Source of the DNA: an uncultured Bacteroidales bacterium
Lineage (GTDB): Bacteria > Bacteroidota > Bacteroidia > Bacteroidales > P3
NCBI GenBank assembly: GCA_900318835.1
Contig: ONLW01000006.1
Location: 12,327-76,326 of the forward strand
Direction of reading: 5' to 3'
Length of the DNA stretch: 64,000 bases
A program made the position numbers and the translations under genes. Below the pieces are notes generated by a model. That model ran no database searches. It was not told the DNA's origin and worked only from the letters and a program-made list of their open reading frames with translations. Numbering within the stretch: the stretch's first letter is position 1; every line of letters starts with the position of its first letter. Positions 61,821 through 64,000 of the stretch are shown piece after piece.

Positions 61821-64000
61821 GTGGCAGGAGCGAAAAAGAAACAGGCTGCAAAGCCAAAGGGTAAGGGCAAGAGCACTCCAAGGGGGAAAAACCGCTGGGG
61901 CGCTTTTGTCGCGTTTGTGAAGAGTGAGCGTTTTGCGCATATCCGCGGTGTGGTGTATGTGCTGTTTGCAGTGTTTCTGCTGCTGTCGCTGACGAGCTAT
62001 TATGCGACAGGCTGCGACCCGACGCGCCATTGGCTGAAGACTTTGGGCTTCGGGACGGCAGAGTTTTTCGCCGTCAATCTTTTTGGTATCGGCAGCCTAG
62101 GATTCACATTGTTGTTCTTCGTCTACGGCCTGCGGCTGTGGAGGGTGAGCGTGATGCCATGGTGGAAGACCTTCGGCAGCACAATGTTCTGGATGGCGTG
62201 GCTGAGTGTGACGTTAGGCTACATCGCGGTGAAATGGATGTCGGGAGGCGTGGGCTTCGAGCAGTATGCGGGCATCGGTGTGCTGATGGCCGAGCCGTTG
62301 GAGAACCTCATGGGCTGGTGGACGCTGGTGCTGCTGGTGGCTGTGGCCGTGGCAGTGCTGGTGATGGTTCACAAGATGGAACTGCCCGAGGTGCATGTGC
62401 CGAAGATCGACCTGAAGAAGGTTATTGAAGAGGTGGAGAAGGTTGAGGAGAAGGAGGGGAAAAAGGCCAAGAAGAAGGTTGAACCCGAATTCATCGACTT
62501 CGCCGAGCAGCAACAGGAGGAGGACGAAGGTGCCGAGTTTGAGGAGGCTGCGATGGAGTTGTTCCGGCAACACAATCCGGTGGAACCGGAGGAGGAACGC
62601 AACCAGAAGACCGAGCCGCAGGACAATCTGGAGGGGGAAGTGGCGTTTGGCATCGACGACGAGTTTGTCCGAGTGAATGCAAAGGCACAGGAGACGGGGG
62701 AAGAGAAGACGGAGGATGTGACGTTCACCATTGAAGGAGAGACGGAAGTGGAAGGTGGAGAGGTGGAAGAGAAAAGTGAAGATAGGGAAGAAGAAAGTGA
62801 AGAGATGGCGGAGGAGGGTGAAGAACTGGAAGAGGATGACTACAGGAGGCATTACGGCTTGGACGAGCCGTATGACCCGCATCTGGATTTGAGTGACTAT
62901 GAGATGCCTGAGACGGGTATCCTCGAGGACTGGGAGGTGGCCAACACCAAAGTAACCAAGGAGGAGCTCGTGGCCAACAAGGACCGCATCGTGCAGACGC
63001 TGAGGGACTATGGCATCGAGATTACCGACATCAGCGCCATACCGGGACCTACGGTGACGCTCTACAAGATTAAGCCTGCCGCGGGTGTCAGAATCTCGAA
63101 GATTAAGAATCTGGAGGACGACATTGCCTTGAGCCTTGCGGCCTTGGGTATCCGCATCATTGCACCGATTCCAGGCGAAAGCAATGTGGGTATCGAGGTG
63201 CCGAATGCGAAGCCGCAGGTGGTGGCCATGAAGACCATGCTGGAGAGCGAGGCCTTCCAGAAGGCCAAGGAGAAGATGGAGTTGCCGATAGCCTTCGGCA
63301 AAACCATCTCGAACGAGTGTTTCGTGACCGACCTGGCCAAGATGCCTCATTTGCTGATGGCTGGAGCCACAGGTACGGGTAAGTCGGTCGGCTTGAATGC
63401 CGTGCTGGCGAGCCTGCTCTACACCAAGCATCCCAGCGAACTGAAGCTGGTGCTTGTGGATCCGAAGAAGGTGGAGTTTAGCCTCTATTCGGCATTGGAA
63501 CGCCACTATCTGGCCAAGATGCCCGACGAGGAAGAGGCCGTGATCACCGACGTCAAGAAGGTGGTGCGGACGTTGAACTCGCTCTGCATCGAGATGGACA
63601 GCCGCTACGACCTGCTGAAACAGGCCAAGGTGAGGAAGATTACAGAATACAATGAGAAGTTCTGCAAGCGGATGCTGAATCCGGAGCACGGACATAGGTA
63701 TCTGCCCTATATCGTGGTGGTGATTGACGAGTTTGGCGACTTGATTATGACGGCCGGCAAGGAAGTGGAACTGCCTATTGCACGACTGGCGCAGCTGGCC
63801 CGTGCCGTGGGTATCCATCTGATTATCGCCACCCAGCGTCCCACGACGAACATCATCACGGGCACCATAAAAGCCAACTTCCCCGCACGAGTGGCGTTCC
63901 GTGTGACGAGTGGTATCGATTCGAAGACCATCCTCGATACCGGTGGCGCACAGCAGCTGATAGGTCGTGGCGATATGCTTATTTCATTGGCAGGCAAGGA
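61821..64000 (+). CDS. ftsK: DNA translocase FtsK/SpoIIIE; 3' end lies outside the window; not in the ORF track because no stop is reached
   Basis: My translation runs from GTG 61821. Basic N-terminus, 4 TM segments, acidic linker, then MPHLLMAGATGTGKSVGLNA (Walker A), IVVVIDEFGDL (Walker B) and IHLIIATQRP. Confidence 0.9.
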   Translation, partial: MAGAKKKQAAKPKGKGKSTPRGKNRWGAFVAFVKSERFAHIRGVVYVLFAVFLLLSLTSYYATGCDPTRHWLKTLGFGTAEFFAVNLFGIGSLGFTLLFFVYGLRLWRVSVMPWWKTFGSTMFWMAWLSVTLGYIAVKWMSGGVGFEQYAGIGVLMAEPLENLMGWWTLVLLVAVAVAVLVMVHKMELPEVHVPKIDLKKVIEEVEKVEEKEGKKAKKKVEPEFIDFAEQQQEEDEGAEFEEAAMELFRQHNPVEPEEERNQKTEPQDNLEGEVAFGIDDEFVRVNAKAQETGEEKTEDVTFTIEGETEVEGGEVEEKSEDREEESEEMAEEGEELEEDDYRRHYGLDEPYDPHLDLSDYEMPETGILEDWEVANTKVTKEELVANKDRIVQTLRDYGIEITDISAIPGPTVTLYKIKPAAGVRISKIKNLEDDIALSLAALGIRIIAPIPGESNVGIEVPNAKPQVVAMKTMLESEAFQKAKEKMELPIAFGKTISNECFVTDLAKMPHLLMAGATGTGKSVGLNAVLASLLYTKHPSELKLVLVDPKKVEFSLYSALERHYLAKMPDEEEAVITDVKKVVRTLNSLCIEMDSRYDLLKQAKVRKITEYNEKFCKRMLNPEHGHRYLPYIVVVIDEFGDLIMTAGKEVELPIARLAQLARAVGIHLIIATQRPTTNIITGTIKANFPARVAFRVTSGIDSKTILDTGGAQQLIGRGDMLISLAGK

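Noticed and set aside
62214-63818. A 534-aa minus-strand ORF
   Set aside because: It is antisense to the unlisted ftsK gene, whose plus-strand frame carries unambiguous Walker A/B motifs. The antisense product is Leu/His/Arg-rich with no motifs.

Overview
This 64-kb window looks like a chromosomal segment from a Bacteroidota genome, probably Bacteroidales and Prevotellaceae-like. The evidence is many TAnnTTTG -7 boxes upstream of genes, a T9SS C-terminal sorting domain, an HmuY-type hemophore operon, and Bacteroidetes-specific DUF proteins. All calls come from reading the sequence and recalling family motifs; no searches were run.

Most of the window is housekeeping. It encodes tex, sppA, fba, ispE, phoH, proS, waaA, ftsH, rsfS, tsaE, folP-cdaA, mtaB, psd, cdsA and ftsK, plus one tRNA-Asn. 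It also carries two TonB-dependent receptor operons, a gingipain-like C25 peptidase, an M16 peptidase and a PgpH-like HD phosphodiesterase.

I saw no rRNA, CRISPR array, transposase, integrase, phage gene or recognisable defence gene.

Three things stand out:
1. An AT-rich glycan cassette lies at about 48.1-55.1 kb. It combines a KdsB-type cytidylyltransferase, a DRE-TIM aldolase fusion, a KDG-kinase-like PfkB kinase and an HP-motif GT52-like transferase. Its left junction is marked by a decayed cytidylyltransferase gene stub. This may be a non-canonical route to a CMP-activated ulosonic acid.
2. A dispersed family of intergenic elements has six copies in the window. Each is built from phased 11-bp GTARGGAGTTG units arranged head-to-head around a short palindrome. 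Three copies are accompanied by a TTAACA-N2-TGTTAA / TGTTAACA palindrome.
3. An orphan consensus promoter plus an intrinsic terminator at 45.33-45.50 kb could encode a roughly 135-nt sRNA.

Many long ORFs in the track are antisense shadows of real genes. Several listed starts are TTG, GTG or other non-ATG codons that sit inside promoter boxes, so I moved those starts.
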